A stretch of 63,132 nucleotides of DNA, filler included. It is 7 parts of 7 records of this genome, joined end to end, with 100 filler letters (N's around TTAATTAATTAA, not from the genome) between each part and the next. Parts side by side here need not be neighbours in the genome. Positions count along the whole stretch, not along the records: positions 38,368 to 50,652 come from SRR31147125_6480; 6 more parts are not named here. One strand, given 5' to 3'. This document shows positions 38,921 to 50,752 of this stretch, in pieces (position 1 is the first letter of the stretch; each line of letters opens with the position of its first letter). Position numbers and translations under genes: made by a program. Below the pieces are notes generated by a model. That model worked only from the letters and a program-made list of their open reading frames with translations. It ran no database searches and was not told where the DNA came from.

Positions 38921-40368
38921 ATGAGCTCAGATGAAACAAAAATGTTGCAAGATATCGCGAATCAGGATTATAAATATGGTTTTCATGTGGATCTTGAAAC
39001 GGACAGTATTCCGAGAGGATTATCTGAAGATGTTGTCCGCATAATATCAGCCAAAAAAATGAGCCTGAGTGGATGCTACAATGGCGATTAAAGGCTTTTC
39101 GCTTTTGGCAAAATATGAAAGAGCCCACCTGGGCTAACATCAAATATGAACCTATAGATTATCAGGATATTATATATTATTCTGCACCCAAAAGCCAGGA
39201 CAAGCCCAAAAGTTTGGATGATGTGGATCCGGCTATACTGGAGATGTATAATAAATTAGGCATACCTTTGGAGGAGCAGGAGGCGCTCGCTGGCGTTGCT
39301 GTTGATGCTGTACTTGATAGTGTTTCAGTGGCCACGACCTTTAAGGAAAAACTGGGAGAATTGGGTATCATTTTTTGTTCCATTTCCGAGGCGATTCAAA
39401 ATCATCCTGATCTGGTTCAGAAATATCTTGGAACTGTTGTTCCACAGAGTGATAATTTTTTCGCTTCGTTGAATTCCGCTGTTTTTAGTGATGGTTCGTT
39501 TGTTTATGTTCCCAAAGGTGTTCGCTGCCCGATGGAGCTGTCAACATATTTCAGGATTAATGCCGCCAGTACCGGCCAGTTTGAAAGAACTCTTATTATT
39601 GCTGAAGAAGGAAGTTATGTAAGTTATCTGGAAGGTTGTACTGCGCCGATGCGAGATGAAAATCAGTTACATGCTGCTGTTGTTGAATTAGTCGCATTGG
39701 ACAATACCCGGATTAAATATTCTACTGTACAAAACTGGTATCCCGGAGATAAGGATGGCAAAGGAGGTATTTATAATTTTGTAACCAAACGTGGGTTATG
39801 TGCCGGTAAAAATTCCAAGATATCCTGGACTCAGGTTGAAACAGGTTCTGCTATTACCTGGAAATATCCTGGTTGTGTGTTAAAAGGTGATAATTCTACC
39901 GGAGAGTTTTATTCCGTCGCTCTGACGAATAATCATCAGCAGGCAGATACTGGTACAAAAATGGTGCATATCGGTAAAAATACAAAGAGTATTATCGTGT
40001 CAAAAGGTATATCTGCAGGGAAAAGTCAGAATAGCTATCGTGGGCAGGTGAAAATACTTAAAAATGCAAAGAATGCTCGAAATTTTTCACAATGTGATTC
40101 TATGCTGATAGGCAGTGAATGTGGCGCCCATACCTTTCCATATATTGAAGTGAAAAATAGTACAGCCAAACTGGAACATGAAGCAACTACTTCAAAGATT
40201 GGCGAAGATCAAATATTTTATCTCAATCAAAGAGGTATTGATACAGAAAATGCGGTTTCTATGATTGTGAATGGTTTTTGTAAACAGGTTTTAGCTGAAT
40301 TGCCTATGGAATTTGCCGTTGAAGCGCAAAAATTATTAAGTGTAAGTTTGGAAGGAAGCGTCGGTTAA
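38921..40368 (+). CDS. sufB: Fe-S assembly protein SufB; frameshift at A-run ~39055
   Basis: [63 protein letters not shown]. Confidence 0.95.
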
Positions 40369-40393
40369 TAAAAAAATGTGGAGAGCAAAATAG

Positions 40394-41167
40394 ATGTTAA
40401 AAATTGAAAATTTACATGTATCTATAGAAGGTCAGAAAATTTTAAAAGGTGTTGATCTGAACGTTGAGCCCGGTGAAATTCATGCATTAATGGGACCAAA
40501 CGGATCCGGAAAAAGTACGTTGGCTCAGGTCATTGCCGGACGTGAGGAATATGAAGTGACTGATGGCAGGATATGGTACAAGGGATTGGACCTTTTGGAA
40601 ATGAGTCCGGAAGACAGGGCGCGGGAAGGCTTGTTTCTTGCGTTTCAGTATCCGGTCGAGATCCCTGGCGTGAATACATCCTACTTTTTGCGAACAGCTC
40701 TGAACGAGATTCGTGCTTATCGTGGTGAAAAAAAGCTCAGTGCCGGTGAGTTCCTCAAACTTCTCAGGGAAAAGTTAAGATTGGTTGATATGGACGAAGC
40801 TTTTTTGAAAAGATCAGTGAATGAAGGTTTCTCCGGAGGTGAGAAAAAGCGCAACGAAGTACTTCAATTGGCCGTACTTCAGCCAATCCTGTCCGTATTA
40901 GATGAAACCGATTCAGGATTGGATATTGACGCATTAAAAATCGTTGCCAATGGTGTAAACAAGAATCGAACAAAAGATAATGCTTTTGTTGTGGTTACTC
41001 ATTATCAGCGATTACTGGATTATATTGTCCCAGATTTTGTCCATGTCCTTTATAACGGAAAAATTGTAAAGTCTGGAGGCAAAGAACTGGCTTATGAGCT
41101 TGAAAAACAGGGATACGATTGGCTAAAAGAAAAAGCAGGAAAAGAATCTTTAGCCCTTAATATTTAG
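40394..41167 (+). CDS. sufC: Fe-S assembly ATPase SufC
   Basis: [43 protein letters not shown]. Confidence 0.97.
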   Translation: MLKIENLHVSIEGQKILKGVDLNVEPGEIHALMGPNGSGKSTLAQVIAGREEYEVTDGRIWYKGLDLLEMSPEDRAREGLFLAFQYPVEIPGVNTSYFLRTALNEIRAYRGEKKLSAGEFLKLLREKLRLVDMDEAFLKRSVNEGFSGGEKKRNEVLQLAVLQPILSVLDETDSGLDIDALKIVANGVNKNRTKDNAFVVVTHYQRLLDYIVPDFVHVLYNGKIVKSGGKELAYELEKQGYDWLKEKAGKESLALNI

Positions 41168-41182
41168 GAGTAAAATTTTATT

Positions 41183-42511
41183 ATGAACGACATTGCTGTT
41201 GAAAAAGAATGGTACCTGGAAAATTTTGCACGATTTGAAAAGAAATTGAACGGGCAATCCGGAACGGATATACATAAAATACGGGAAAAGGCGATCGATC
41301 AATTTTCTAAAGTTGGGTTTCCCAATAATCGTGAGGAAGCCTGGCGATTTACCAATTTGTCTCACATGAAGAGTATACAATTTGATCCAATTCTCGATAA
41401 AGAAACGACGTTGCCTGATCGAAAAGTAGTTGAAGAATCTGTTTTGCCGGGTTTGAATCACTCTTTGCTGGTTTTTGTAAATGGACAGTTTGTAAAGGAT
41501 TTGTCATCAACCCTCTCATTGCCGGAGAATGTTCAGGTAATGAGTTTTGCGGAAGCACTGGAAAAGGATTCTGAGCTGGTATCGAAACATGTGGCACAAT
41601 ACGCGAATTATAAGGATAATGCTTTTACAGCACTGAATACGGCTTTTATGAGTGACGGTGCTTATGTGTATGTGCCCAAAGGTGTAGTTTTGGAAAAGCC
41701 TGTTCAGGTTTTATTCCTTTCAAAAGTAGAGGAACGAACCTTTGTCGCACATCCCAGAAATCTTTTTGTGATCGATGATAATGCTCAGGCAACTATTATT
41801 GAAAGTTACGTGGGTATGGGAGATAATTTATATTTTACAAATCCTGTAACAGAAATAGTTGTAGGCGAGAATTCTGTACTGGATCATTATAAAATTGAAC
41901 GTGAAAGTGAGCAGGCGTTTCACATCGCCATTCAGCAAAGTTATCATAAACGTCATAGTAATTTTGTTTCACATAATTTCACTTTTGGCGGCTCCCTGGT
42001 AAGAAATGATATAAATGCTAATCTGGACGGCGAGGGCGTGGATGCCACCCTTGATGGATTGTATCTATTGTGGAAAGATCAGCATGTGGATAATCATACT
42101 TTGATCGAGCATGCTCAACCTCATGGTAACAGTCGGGAATTATACAAGGGTATCCTGTATGACGAATCTCGTGCTGTTTTTAATGGAAAGATACATGTTC
42201 ATCAAAAAGCTCAAAAAACCGATGCTGTTCAAAATAATAAAAACATTGTCGTGTCTGAATCCGCCACTGTCGATACTCAACCACAACTGGAAATTTTTGC
42301 TGATGACGTTAAATGTACTCATGGCGGAACTGTTGGACAATTGGATGAAGATGGAGTCTTTTATTTGCGGTCCCGTGGCGTTCAGGAATCGAAGGCTCGT
42401 CAAATAATGATTCACGCTTTTGCCGGTGAGGTTACCGATCAGATAAAAATTGAGTCATTGAAAGAACAAATTGATAGATGGGTTGTAGAAAGATTATATA
42501 AGCGGAGTTGA
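41183..42511 (+). CDS. sufD: Fe-S assembly protein SufD
   Basis: E.WRFT, PQLEIFADDVKCTHG.TVGQLD..FYLRSRG. Confidence 0.95.
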   Translation: MNDIAVEKEWYLENFARFEKKLNGQSGTDIHKIREKAIDQFSKVGFPNNREEAWRFTNLSHMKSIQFDPILDKETTLPDRKVVEESVLPGLNHSLLVFVNGQFVKDLSSTLSLPENVQVMSFAEALEKDSELVSKHVAQYANYKDNAFTALNTAFMSDGAYVYVPKGVVLEKPVQVLFLSKVEERTFVAHPRNLFVIDDNAQATIIESYVGMGDNLYFTNPVTEIVVGENSVLDHYKIERESEQAFHIAIQQSYHKRHSNFVSHNFTFGGSLVRNDINANLDGEGVDATLDGLYLLWKDQHVDNHTLIEHAQPHGNSRELYKGILYDESRAVFNGKIHVHQKAQKTDAVQNNKNIVVSESATVDTQPQLEIFADDVKCTHGGTVGQLDEDGVFYLRSRGVQESKARQIMIHAFAGEVTDQIKIESLKEQIDRWVVERLYKRS

Positions 42512-42559
42512 TTCGACAGCGAAAAAGGGTCCGCATGAAATGTTATTTGGAGCAAAAAT

Positions 42560-42883
42560 ATGCCGGCTTTACTTGATATAAAATCGTTAATTGAAGATAT
42601 TGTCAAGGTTTTAAAAAAATGTTATGATCCGGAAATCCCAGTGAATATTTATGACCTGGGTTTGATATATGAAATTAATGCCGATGAGACTGGTGATGTG
42701 GCTATAAAAATGACATTAACGTCCCCGGCTTGTCCGGTAGCCGGGACCTTACCTCGTGAAATAGAATCCAGGGTGGCCACAGTGTCACATGTCAAAAAAG
42801 TAAAGGTTGAGGTTGTATGGGATCCCCCATGGGAGCCGAACCTGATGACTGAAGAGGCTAAATTAGAACTTGGTTTTATGTAG
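42560..42883 (+). CDS. sufT: SufT/DUF59 Fe-S assembly factor
   Basis: DPEIPVNIYDLGLIY, MTLTSPACP, WDPPW. Confidence 0.9.
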   Translation: MPALLDIKSLIEDIVKVLKKCYDPEIPVNIYDLGLIYEINADETGDVAIKMTLTSPACPVAGTLPREIESRVATVSHVKKVKVEVVWDPPWEPNLMTEEAKLELGFM

Positions 42884-42983
42884 AGAATAATTATATTGCT
42901 AAAATGGTTACAAGTACTGACCATTTATTGAATTAAATGATTTATTTTAAATGCCAGTTTTTAAACTGTAAATAGGAGAAGAA

Positions 42984-43307
42984 ATGTTGAACAGAGTGAC
43001 TGTTTGCAAGTCAAATGCAATGGAGTCCGGAACCATAAGAAAAGTGCGTGTGGGTAAAAAGGATATTATTGTGATCCAGCAGGGTGAACACTTTTATGCT
43101 CTTATAGATCGTTGTTCACATGAAGACTATCCACTGGCAGATGGATTTTTAGAGGATCATATTCTGAGTTGCCCCATGCATGGCGCGCAATTTGACATTA
43201 AATCAGGAGAAGCACTGTCATTACCAGCTTTTGAAGATATTGATACTTTTCCTGTTTTTGAACAAGATGGTGATATTTATATTGAGCTTGATGAAAGAGA
43301 ATTTTAA
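42984..43307 (+). CDS. Rieske [2Fe-2S] ferredoxin
   Basis: CSHE..CPMHG.QFD. Confidence 0.92.
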   Translation: MLNRVTVCKSNAMESGTIRKVRVGKKDIIVIQQGEHFYALIDRCSHEDYPLADGFLEDHILSCPMHGAQFDIKSGEALSLPAFEDIDTFPVFEQDGDIYIELDEREF

Positions 43308-44563
43308 TGGATACGTCTACGAAAAGTATTGAAAAAAATGTTTTGGACAGCAATGCTGTTCGACGAGATTTCCCTATTTTTTCTCAGAAAAAGAATCAAA
43401 AACTGGTCTATTTGGATAATGCTGCAACAACACAGAGACCCAAAATGGTGATTGATGCGATTACTGATTTTTACACCAGTTATAATTCCAACTCTCATCG
43501 TGGTGCTTACAAAATAGCGGAAAGATCAACAGCAGCTTATGAATTAGCCAGAAAAAAAGTCGCTCAGTTTATCGGCGCGGAGAGTTCAGAGCAGATCATT
43601 TTTACGCGGAGTACGACAGAGGCGATTAATTTTATTGCCACTGGATGGGCTCGGAAAAATGTAAAAATGGGTGATGAAATCATTATTACCGAGCTTGAAC
43701 ATCACAGCAATCTCGTGCCGTGGCAAATGATTGCCAGGGAGAAAGGTGCGACATTACGTTTTGTTGAATTTGACGAGAATGGTGAATTAAAGCTTGATCA
43801 ATTTGATGAACTTTTATCTTCAAAAACAAAACTTGTAACAGTTAATCACATTTCCAATGCATTGGGAACGATTAATCCAATAAAAAGTATAATCGAGAAG
43901 GCTCATACTACTGGCGCAAAGGTTGTTATTGATGGTGCCCAGAGTGTGCCGCATAAACAAACAGACTTGAAACACCTGGATGCTGATTTTTTTGCATTTT
44001 CAGGGCACAAAATGTATGGTCCAATGGGGATCGGAGTGTTGTATGGCAAAAGAGATCTGTTAAATCAGATGGATCCGATTCATTTTGGTGGAAATATGAT
44101 CAGCGATGTCCACCATTTTAGCTCAACTTGGAATGATATTCCCTGGAAATTTGAAGCAGGCACTCAGAATATACCCGGTGCTATAGGATTGGGAGCGGCT
44201 ATTGATTATATTCAGCAGACTGGAATTTTAAATATAAAAGAGCATGAATTAAGGTTAACTCACTATGCTCTTGAGCGGCTGAAAGAGGCAAACGGGATAA
44301 AAATCTACGGACCAGATGGCGACAGAGGCCCTGTTTTATCATTTACAGTTGAAAATGTGCACCCACATGATATTGCGACATTTCTTGATCATAAAAATAT
44401 CGCAGTTCGTGCCGGTCATCATTGTGCCAAACTAGTTATGAAACGTTTGAATGTGATAGCGACAGCACGAGCAAGCTTTGCTCTTTATAATTCATTTGAG
44501 GATATCGATGCATTCGTAGCGGCACTATTAGAAGCGAAAGGTTTTTTTTCAAAATGGAATTAG
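43307..44563 (+). CDS. sufS: Cysteine desulfurase SufS
   Basis: YLDNAATTQRP, EHHSNLVPW, FSGHKMYGP, FEAGT, RAGHHCA. Confidence 0.96.
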   Translation: MDTSTKSIEKNVLDSNAVRRDFPIFSQKKNQKLVYLDNAATTQRPKMVIDAITDFYTSYNSNSHRGAYKIAERSTAAYELARKKVAQFIGAESSEQIIFTRSTTEAINFIATGWARKNVKMGDEIIITELEHHSNLVPWQMIAREKGATLRFVEFDENGELKLDQFDELLSSKTKLVTVNHISNALGTINPIKSIIEKAHTTGAKVVIDGAQSVPHKQTDLKHLDADFFAFSGHKMYGPMGIGVLYGKRDLLNQMDPIHFGGNMISDVHHFSSTWNDIPWKFEAGTQNIPGAIGLGAAIDYIQQTGILNIKEHELRLTHYALERLKEANGIKIYGPDGDRGPVLSFTVENVHPHDIATFLDHKNIAVRAGHHCAKLVMKRLNVIATARASFALYNSFEDIDAFVAALLEAKGFFSKWN

Positions 44564-45033
44564 ATGATCTGTATCAGGAAATTATTCTTGATCATTACAA
44601 ACAACCACGAAATCAGGGACATATAGAGAATGCTGATTTAATACTGGAAGGAAAAAATCCATTTTGTGGTGATGAGATCAAGATTTCAGTGACATTAAAG
44701 GATGATCTTGTCGATCAGGTTTCATTCGAGGGCGATGGATGTGCTATCAGTCAGGCATCAGCATCTATTATGACTGAAAAGATCAAAGGCAAAACCATTA
44801 CTGAGGCTGAAAAACTTGTTGAGGATTTTTCTCATATGGTAAAGGGAGAAGATATGCCGATTGATCTGGATGATATGGATGATATGGCGGCCTTTCAGGG
44901 TGTATCGGAATTTCCAACGCGGGTAAAGTGTGCTTTATTAGCCTGGAAAACCTTGAAAAGAGGAATTCATGACCGTCAGGAATGTGTGAATTGTGAAAAA
45001 CAGGTACACAAATTGGAAGATAAGGATGTTTAG
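44554..45033 (+). CDS. sufU: SufU scaffold/sulfur acceptor
   Basis: LYQEIILDHYK.PRN, NPFCGDE, GCAISQASAS, RVKCALLAW. Confidence 0.95.
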   Translation: MELDDLYQEIILDHYKQPRNQGHIENADLILEGKNPFCGDEIKISVTLKDDLVDQVSFEGDGCAISQASASIMTEKIKGKTITEAEKLVEDFSHMVKGEDMPIDLDDMDDMAAFQGVSEFPTRVKCALLAWKTLKRGIHDRQECVNCEKQVHKLEDKDV

Positions 45034-45056
45034 CAACAATATTATAGGAGGTTAAA

Positions 45057-45251
45057 ATGCCAAAAGTAGTTACGTTTACCGCAGATCTGCGAATTTTTAA
45101 AACAATCGGACAATTAAAGGAATTGGATGACCAGGTTAATAAATTTATTGAAGAAAATGCAGTAAAAAATGTTTACTCGGCAAGTGATACCACAACGTCA
45201 GATGATAGCGGGGCAACCATGGGAATTATCCGGGTTCTGGTTTATGATTGA
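45057..45251 (+). CDS. Small hypothetical protein (64 aa)
   Basis: Strong GGAGGT RBS, 23 bp after sufU. Confidence 0.7.
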   Translation: MPKVVTFTADLRIFKTIGQLKELDDQVNKFIEENAVKNVYSASDTTTSDDSGATMGIIRVLVYD

Positions 45252-45441
45252 AAATGTTTGTTTGATATTTTTTAAATATGATAAATAAAATGGACTATGA
45301 AATTTAATATGTTTTTAATAATTTTCTCATGATTGATAGTCAATTAAATGTTGATTCATGATAAATTATTTAGTATTTTATAGTTAACAATTTTATTAAG
45401 ATCCAATTAAATATCCGTCATTTTAACAGATTTACAGGCGC

Positions 45442-46130
45442 ATGAATCATAAATTACTCTGGTTAGATTATAAAGTTTCTCATATATCTAAATTTATTCC
45501 TCGTTTTTACTATATTCTTTTTCTTTTTTAATCCTCACTACAGGTTGTACTGAAAAATTTAATGCTTTACGGTATTACCCAATGGAAATGGAGTATATCT
45601 GGGATTATGATAATTTTTCTATGAAAATAGAAGAGATTACAGAAATTGACGAACATTCTCAACGAATAACAGCTGTTTATTATGATTCCATTGGGAGCAA
45701 GGTTTGGACCGAGGAAATTATTCGTAGACAGGAGAACCTTTATTGGCAAAATTTTCAACCATATTTACAATTTATGCCTCATGTTACCTTTGATCCTCCC
45801 ATTCAAATCAGCCCGATTTCGGATAAACTTGGTGATACGAAAACAATCATGATCCGCGAAATTAGTCGGGATTCGGTCGATATATACAATGATATCAATG
45901 TAAATTATGAAATTGAATCTATAGAGGGAATAAATATTGCCTCGGGTTATTATCCCGATTGTATCAAAATGCGAATAAGTATTAATTACCTGGTAAAAGC
46001 TGAAAAGACATATTTTAATGGTAATTATTATTATTGGTTTGCAAAAGGCATAGGACCTGTAAAAGTTGTTACGCCTTCCACAAGTGCAGAACTGAGAAGT
46101 GCCGATCTTGGCATTAGAAAATTCCCCTGA
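45442..46130 (+). CDS. Uncharacterised lipoprotein; frameshift at T-run ~45525
   Basis: Signal ..ILFLF/LILTTGC joins ORF 45582; C-terminal YWFAKGIGPVK. Confidence 0.6.
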
Positions 46131-46836
46131 TCATTTTGTGAGTATTTTAACAAAACTCTTTAGTGTTTTTCCCGCATCACCAATCGGTGGCGAAAAATAC
46201 CAATTGTTGGAATCCTCGCCATCATGATTGACGATAAAATCCGTATAAGAATGTCCAATTTGAATTTCCTCGTATGCTTTGGAAGTGCGAATCTGAATAT
46301 CCTTAATTTCATCCGGGGTTAAAAGTTTCCCCTGTCTAAGAGACCTGGTTATTAATTTTGGCGTCATAATGGTAGCTACTGTTTCTTCTGGTGTTGAAAA
46401 GTTCATTTTTTTGAACGGCCTGGATTTCATCATTTGTGACTGGCGATATAAACACAGTCCTTGTTTCAAAATCAGAGGATAGTTTTTTTACTGCCGGATG
46501 CGTCTGGAATAAAGATGCAAGGGATGGATGAATTTCCACTATAATTAACTTCTGTTCCTGAAAGGTTTCCTTAACCTTTTCCAGATCAATAGCCTGCCAC
46601 AAGTTCCGAACGCGACCTGCTATAAATCGGCTGTTAGGCATAGCCATAATTTCATGAACCGGACGAAAATGAAAATCAACGCCATCCCGTTCATTTAAAC
46701 GCGGTTTACGACTGGAATAAAGGATAAATCGACCATACTTTATATGAGGATAGATTCTTTTTAATGCTTTCAACATGGGTGTTTTACCGACACACGAGGG
46801 GCCGGATAAAATAACCAGCCGCTTTTTAGCAGTCAT
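46131..46836 (-). CDS. gmk: Guanylate kinase-like protein; frameshift at T-run ~46410
   Basis: SGPSCVGKT, SRKPRLNERDGVDFHF, VFISP; second frame R..KAYEEI..IVNHD. Confidence 0.75.
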
Positions 46837-46907
46837 GATAACTCTCCAGGTGAGTGATTTTTCCGGGTAAAAGGGATCTGTGAATGATATTGTATTTGCC
46901 AGACATG

Positions 46908-47792
46908 CTATGTCAGATTTATTGTTTCATTAATATGGATGATTTTTGTCTTTATATTTCTATTTTTAACAGTAATAAGATTGTAATTTGTTCCATAATA
47001 ACTACCACCACTGTTCAAAACTTTAATAGAATTAAAGAGTTTGTATTTTGAATTGATATGATAATGTCCATGCAGAACAAGGTCCACATGATATTGCTCT
47101 AACAGGTGGATTATATCCAATCTGTTGTAAAGTTTCATATATGAAGAAAACTTGTTACCACAGGCTTTTATTATTTCATTTTCAGGATACAGGTAATGAT
47201 GCATTAACAGAATTTTTGTTTTTTCAACGAGTTGGGGGCTTTTTAAGAGCTTTTCAAGATTGCCTGACTCAATTTCACCATTCGAAATTCCTTTGTTTTT
47301 TAAAAGCTTGATGACTTTATTCGAATCCACACAAATCAGGACAATGTCATTGTCGATCATTTTTGCCGATGGAAAAGGTGTATTCCTGGCCGTTAAAATG
47401 TTATGGTAACCATTGTTGAAAAAATTGTGAAATCTGATAATTTCTTCACCATATTTATTTTCATTAAACAGGATTGCTTTGCCTACAACGGCAGGCAGAC
47501 GGTGCATTTTTTTTAGCACATCCGAAGCAAAGTGATAGTATTTGAGAACAAAACGAAAAAGATCATGGTTGCCGGGAATGACAGTCAGCTTTTCTGAAGA
47601 AAAAAGATCGTATTTTTTAAGAATATTAATGATGGTATGAAACTCGTGGTCATGTCCTCGTGCCGTTATATCACCGGTTATAATGAGATGATCTATGCGT
47701 AGTTTGTGTATTTTCGCAACAAGAGTTTCAATATTTTCGTCTTGTTTTTCTGATAAACCTGTATGCAGGTCGGAAATGTGAGCTATATTCAT
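46908..47792 (-). CDS. Calcineurin-like metallophosphoesterase
   Basis: HISDLH, TGDIT, PGNHD, HH, LHGHYH. Confidence 0.9.
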   Translation of the reverse strand: MNIAHISDLHTGLSEKQDENIETLVAKIHKLRIDHLIITGDITARGHDHEFHTIINILKKYDLFSSEKLTVIPGNHDLFRFVLKYYHFASDVLKKMHRLPAVVGKAILFNENKYGEEIIRFHNFFNNGYHNILTARNTPFPSAKMIDNDIVLICVDSNKVIKLLKNKGISNGEIESGNLEKLLKSPQLVEKTKILLMHHYLYPENEIIKACGNKFSSYMKLYNRLDIIHLLEQYHVDLVLHGHYHINSKYKLFNSIKVLNSGGSYYGTNYNLITVKNRNIKTKIIHINETINLT

Positions 47793-48095
47793 TTTTATAT
47801 CAGTTTTTACAAATTTCAGCTAATTAGGGCAATTGAACATAAAAATTTTCTTAAATAGTGATGCTTTATACTCAATAAGTAAAAAAGTGTATATATGGAA
47901 AATTATCACGTTTTTATCTTAATCTCAACAATGGCTTTGAAACTTCAATTCCACAATTTATCATTGAATTATTTAAAAGAATGAAATAAAATGACCGGTA
48001 AATTAGGTATTTTATAAATTGATATTTATGTTTTACTGTATTATTTTAAATTGTGGTTCCGTTCAGAGATTATGAATCAAAAGTCCGGGTAACTA

Positions 48096-49259
48096 GTGCG
48101 TATACTATCGATTTCAGTTTTTAACGTCATTTTTCTTCTCGTCTTTAAAATCGCGATCTCTTTTGGGCAAACTTACGTTATTGCCAAGCCAAAAAAAGGA
48201 GATGGTATTTATGCTATTCTACGTCGCTATCAGATTCCGACGACTCTGTTGTACATTGAGAAATTTTCACAATTAAATGCATCTCTGCTTGACAATGGTC
48301 AAAAACTCCAGTTGAACCAGTATTATAAATTACCTGTATATCGTCAAAAGTATGATGGGAATAGCATACGATCAACGTTAAAGATAACTGATTACTCTTT
48401 GGCGAAAAGGATCCAGGATTATAACAAAAAAGTTTATCGTGCCGGCCTTAAATCAGCTCCATATACACGCAATCGTGATCTGTGGGTACCCTATTTTCTT
48501 AACGCTCCACAGAGTACGGCATCTTTAGATAAAGTTTCAATATTTGGCTCCAAGTATAAATCCGTTGTAAAAAAAGATAACAAACTTGAAGGATATGTTT
48601 ATTATCTGGTAAGTGGGCATGGAGGACCGGATCCGGGTGCTATTGGCAAACGAGGAAAATATAAACTGCACGAAGACGAATATGCCTATGATATAACCTT
48701 GCGGTTAGCTCGTCGTTTAATGGAACATAATGCTAAAGTGTATATTATCGTGCGTGATCCAAATGATGGGATTCGGGATGAACTCTATTTAAGGGGGGAT
48801 CGGGATGAATACTATCTGGGCGGCGCAACGATCGTAAATGAGAGAACAGCAAGGCTTGCTAAAAGAGCAGCTATTATTAATACTCTTTACAAACAAAATC
48901 TCAATGTTGCAAAGCGCCAAAATGTAATTGTCCTTCATGTTGATTCGAGATCTAATTCAAAAAGAATTGATATTTTTTATTATTTCAAACAGGGGCATAG
49001 GTCAGGACAAAAGTTAGCCAGATCTCTTTACAATATGGTTAAACGGAAATACTCTTTAAATCAGCCCGGACGAGGATATCGTGGGACTATAGCTTCCAGA
49101 GATTTGTTTATGCTTCGTGAGACAAAACCGACCACTGTTTATATTGAATTGGGGAATATAAAAAATACAAGAGATCAGGATCGACTGATTCAGGAAAATA
49201 ATCGTCAGGCCATTGCGAACTGGTTGTGTGAGGGATTAATCAGTTCCAGGAAAAAATGA
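48096..49259 (+). CDS. N-acetylmuramoyl-L-alanine amidase (Amidase_3)
   Basis: GHGGPDPGA..EDEY, LHVDS, IELGNI. Confidence 0.88.
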   Translation: MRILSISVFNVIFLLVFKIAISFGQTYVIAKPKKGDGIYAILRRYQIPTTLLYIEKFSQLNASLLDNGQKLQLNQYYKLPVYRQKYDGNSIRSTLKITDYSLAKRIQDYNKKVYRAGLKSAPYTRNRDLWVPYFLNAPQSTASLDKVSIFGSKYKSVVKKDNKLEGYVYYLVSGHGGPDPGAIGKRGKYKLHEDEYAYDITLRLARRLMEHNAKVYIIVRDPNDGIRDELYLRGDRDEYYLGGATIVNERTARLAKRAAIINTLYKQNLNVAKRQNVIVLHVDSRSNSKRIDIFYYFKQGHRSGQKLARSLYNMVKRKYSLNQPGRGYRGTIASRDLFMLRETKPTTVYIELGNIKNTRDQDRLIQENNRQAIANWLCEGLISSRKK

Positions 49260-49270
49260 GCGGGCTAAAA

Positions 49271-49307
49271 AAAGCCTGCCAAAGGCATGATGCTTATGAC
49301 AGGCTTT
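49271..49307. terminator. Bidirectional terminator between convergent genes
   Basis: AAAGCCTG..AGGCA-TGA-TGCTT..CAGGCTTT. Confidence 0.6.
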
Positions 49308-49317
49308 ATATCAGATA

Positions 49318-50652
49318 TTATTTATTGTTTAATGCTAATTCCAATGCAGATGTTGTTGTATAATATTTAGCAATCATATTGGGGACTTCCCATTCCGGCA
49401 GTTTACCATCGATCAAATATTGAAGGTATCGTTCCATGACCTGCCCAAAATGTGCTTCATGACCGATTCGGTAATTGTCTGGAATGAGTATGTGCCAATT
49501 CTTTCCTTCTTTCTTCAATTCGATACCCGGATATTTTGCCTGAACGCTGGCAAAACCGGTTTTTAATGCTTTCTCTAAAGCTTTAGCATTGCCACCTTTT
49601 GCTGTTTCAATGTAAAGTTCTGGTTTGTAATTTTGTTCCTTACCCTGGCGAATGATAACATTTGCTTTTGTTCCACGCATGATTGAATAATGTGTATCTG
49701 CACCACCTTCCGGAGCTTTATATTTCCAATAGACAATCACTTTTGCATGCACGCCTTTGATTTTGTAATTAATCTCCCCATTGGCATAAACGGGTAAGAC
49801 GCCCTTTTTGTCCAGTTTTGATTTCAGGAAATCCGGAAAATCAGGTTCATGCGTTACATTTTTGAATTGTTCACGAGTAAACATGGTGGGCCAGCGTTTT
49901 GCACTTACAATTTCGATGTCTTTTGTATAGTCAATAATTTGTTCGGGAAAACATTCCCACTGTACGAGATCAACCAGGTGACTCGTCACATCAACGACGC
50001 CTTCACCTTGTTGAGTCACATCAACATACCAGTCAGGGCGTTTGAGAGGTTTGCCTGAAACGTATTTAAAGAAATGGTGTACACTTTCTTTGATTACGGC
50101 TGGATCTTTTTCGGAACCTGTTTCCAAATCGCCAAAAATGTCCGGCATATGAGCGAATTCCTTTTGAAGTATCGTAGTGATTTCGGAACGTTCTGTCATG
50201 ATATCATAGAGTAACACACCATTTTTTTCAGCAGAAGCGAACGTTTCCTGAAGAAGCTTAAAACCTTGTTTGTTAATACACATCGGTTTGTCAGAAAGCA
50301 CGTTTATACCGGCGTCAATAGTGGCTTTCAGGTACTCGGTTTTATTTTTATTTTTACCGGCTGTGACCATTACATTACCTGGTTTTTCCTGAATCATTTT
50401 TTCAAGAAAATCCGGTCCTTTGTATACTTTTTCTTCCCAGGATGTTGGATTTTCCGCGCGGGAATTGAAACCGTTTATCCTGTTGAGATGGTCAACAACA
50501 TCAATGCCATCTGGCGCATAAACATGTACAATGGGCGAAACTTGATCGTACATCTTTTTTTGAACGAGGGCTGCATGAAAATGGCCCGGATCCAGAGTCA
50601 TAATTTTCACTTCACCTTTGGCACCCGTAAAAGTCATTTTTGTATCCTTTTT
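49318..50652 (-). CDS. Gfo/Idh/MocA-like putative oxidoreductase, 5' truncated
   Basis: LDPGHFHAALVQK, LSDKPM, YDIMTER, DVTSHLVD, GHEAHF. Confidence 0.75.
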   Translation of the reverse strand, partial: KKDTKMTFTGAKGEVKIMTLDPGHFHAALVQKKMYDQVSPIVHVYAPDGIDVVDHLNRINGFNSRAENPTSWEEKVYKGPDFLEKMIQEKPGNVMVTAGKNKNKTEYLKATIDAGINVLSDKPMCINKQGFKLLQETFASAEKNGVLLYDIMTERSEITTILQKEFAHMPDIFGDLETGSEKDPAVIKESVHHFFKYVSGKPLKRPDWYVDVTQQGEGVVDVTSHLVDLVQWECFPEQIIDYTKDIEIVSAKRWPTMFTREQFKNVTHEPDFPDFLKSKLDKKGVLPVYANGEINYKIKGVHAKVIVYWKYKAPEGGADTHYSIMRGTKANVIIRQGKEQNYKPELYIETAKGGNAKALEKALKTGFASVQAKYPGIELKKEGKNWHILIPDNYRIGHEAHFGQVMERYLQYLIDGKLPEWEVPNMIAKYYTTTSALELALNNK

Positions 50653-50752
50653 NNNNNNNNNNNNNNNNNNNNNNNNNNNNNNNNNNNNNNNNNNNNTTAA
50701 TTAATTAANNNNNNNNNNNNNNNNNNNNNNNNNNNNNNNNNNNNNNNNNNNN
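50653..50752. other. Artificial contig linker
   Basis: N-run/TTAATTAATTAA/N-run. Confidence 0.99.
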
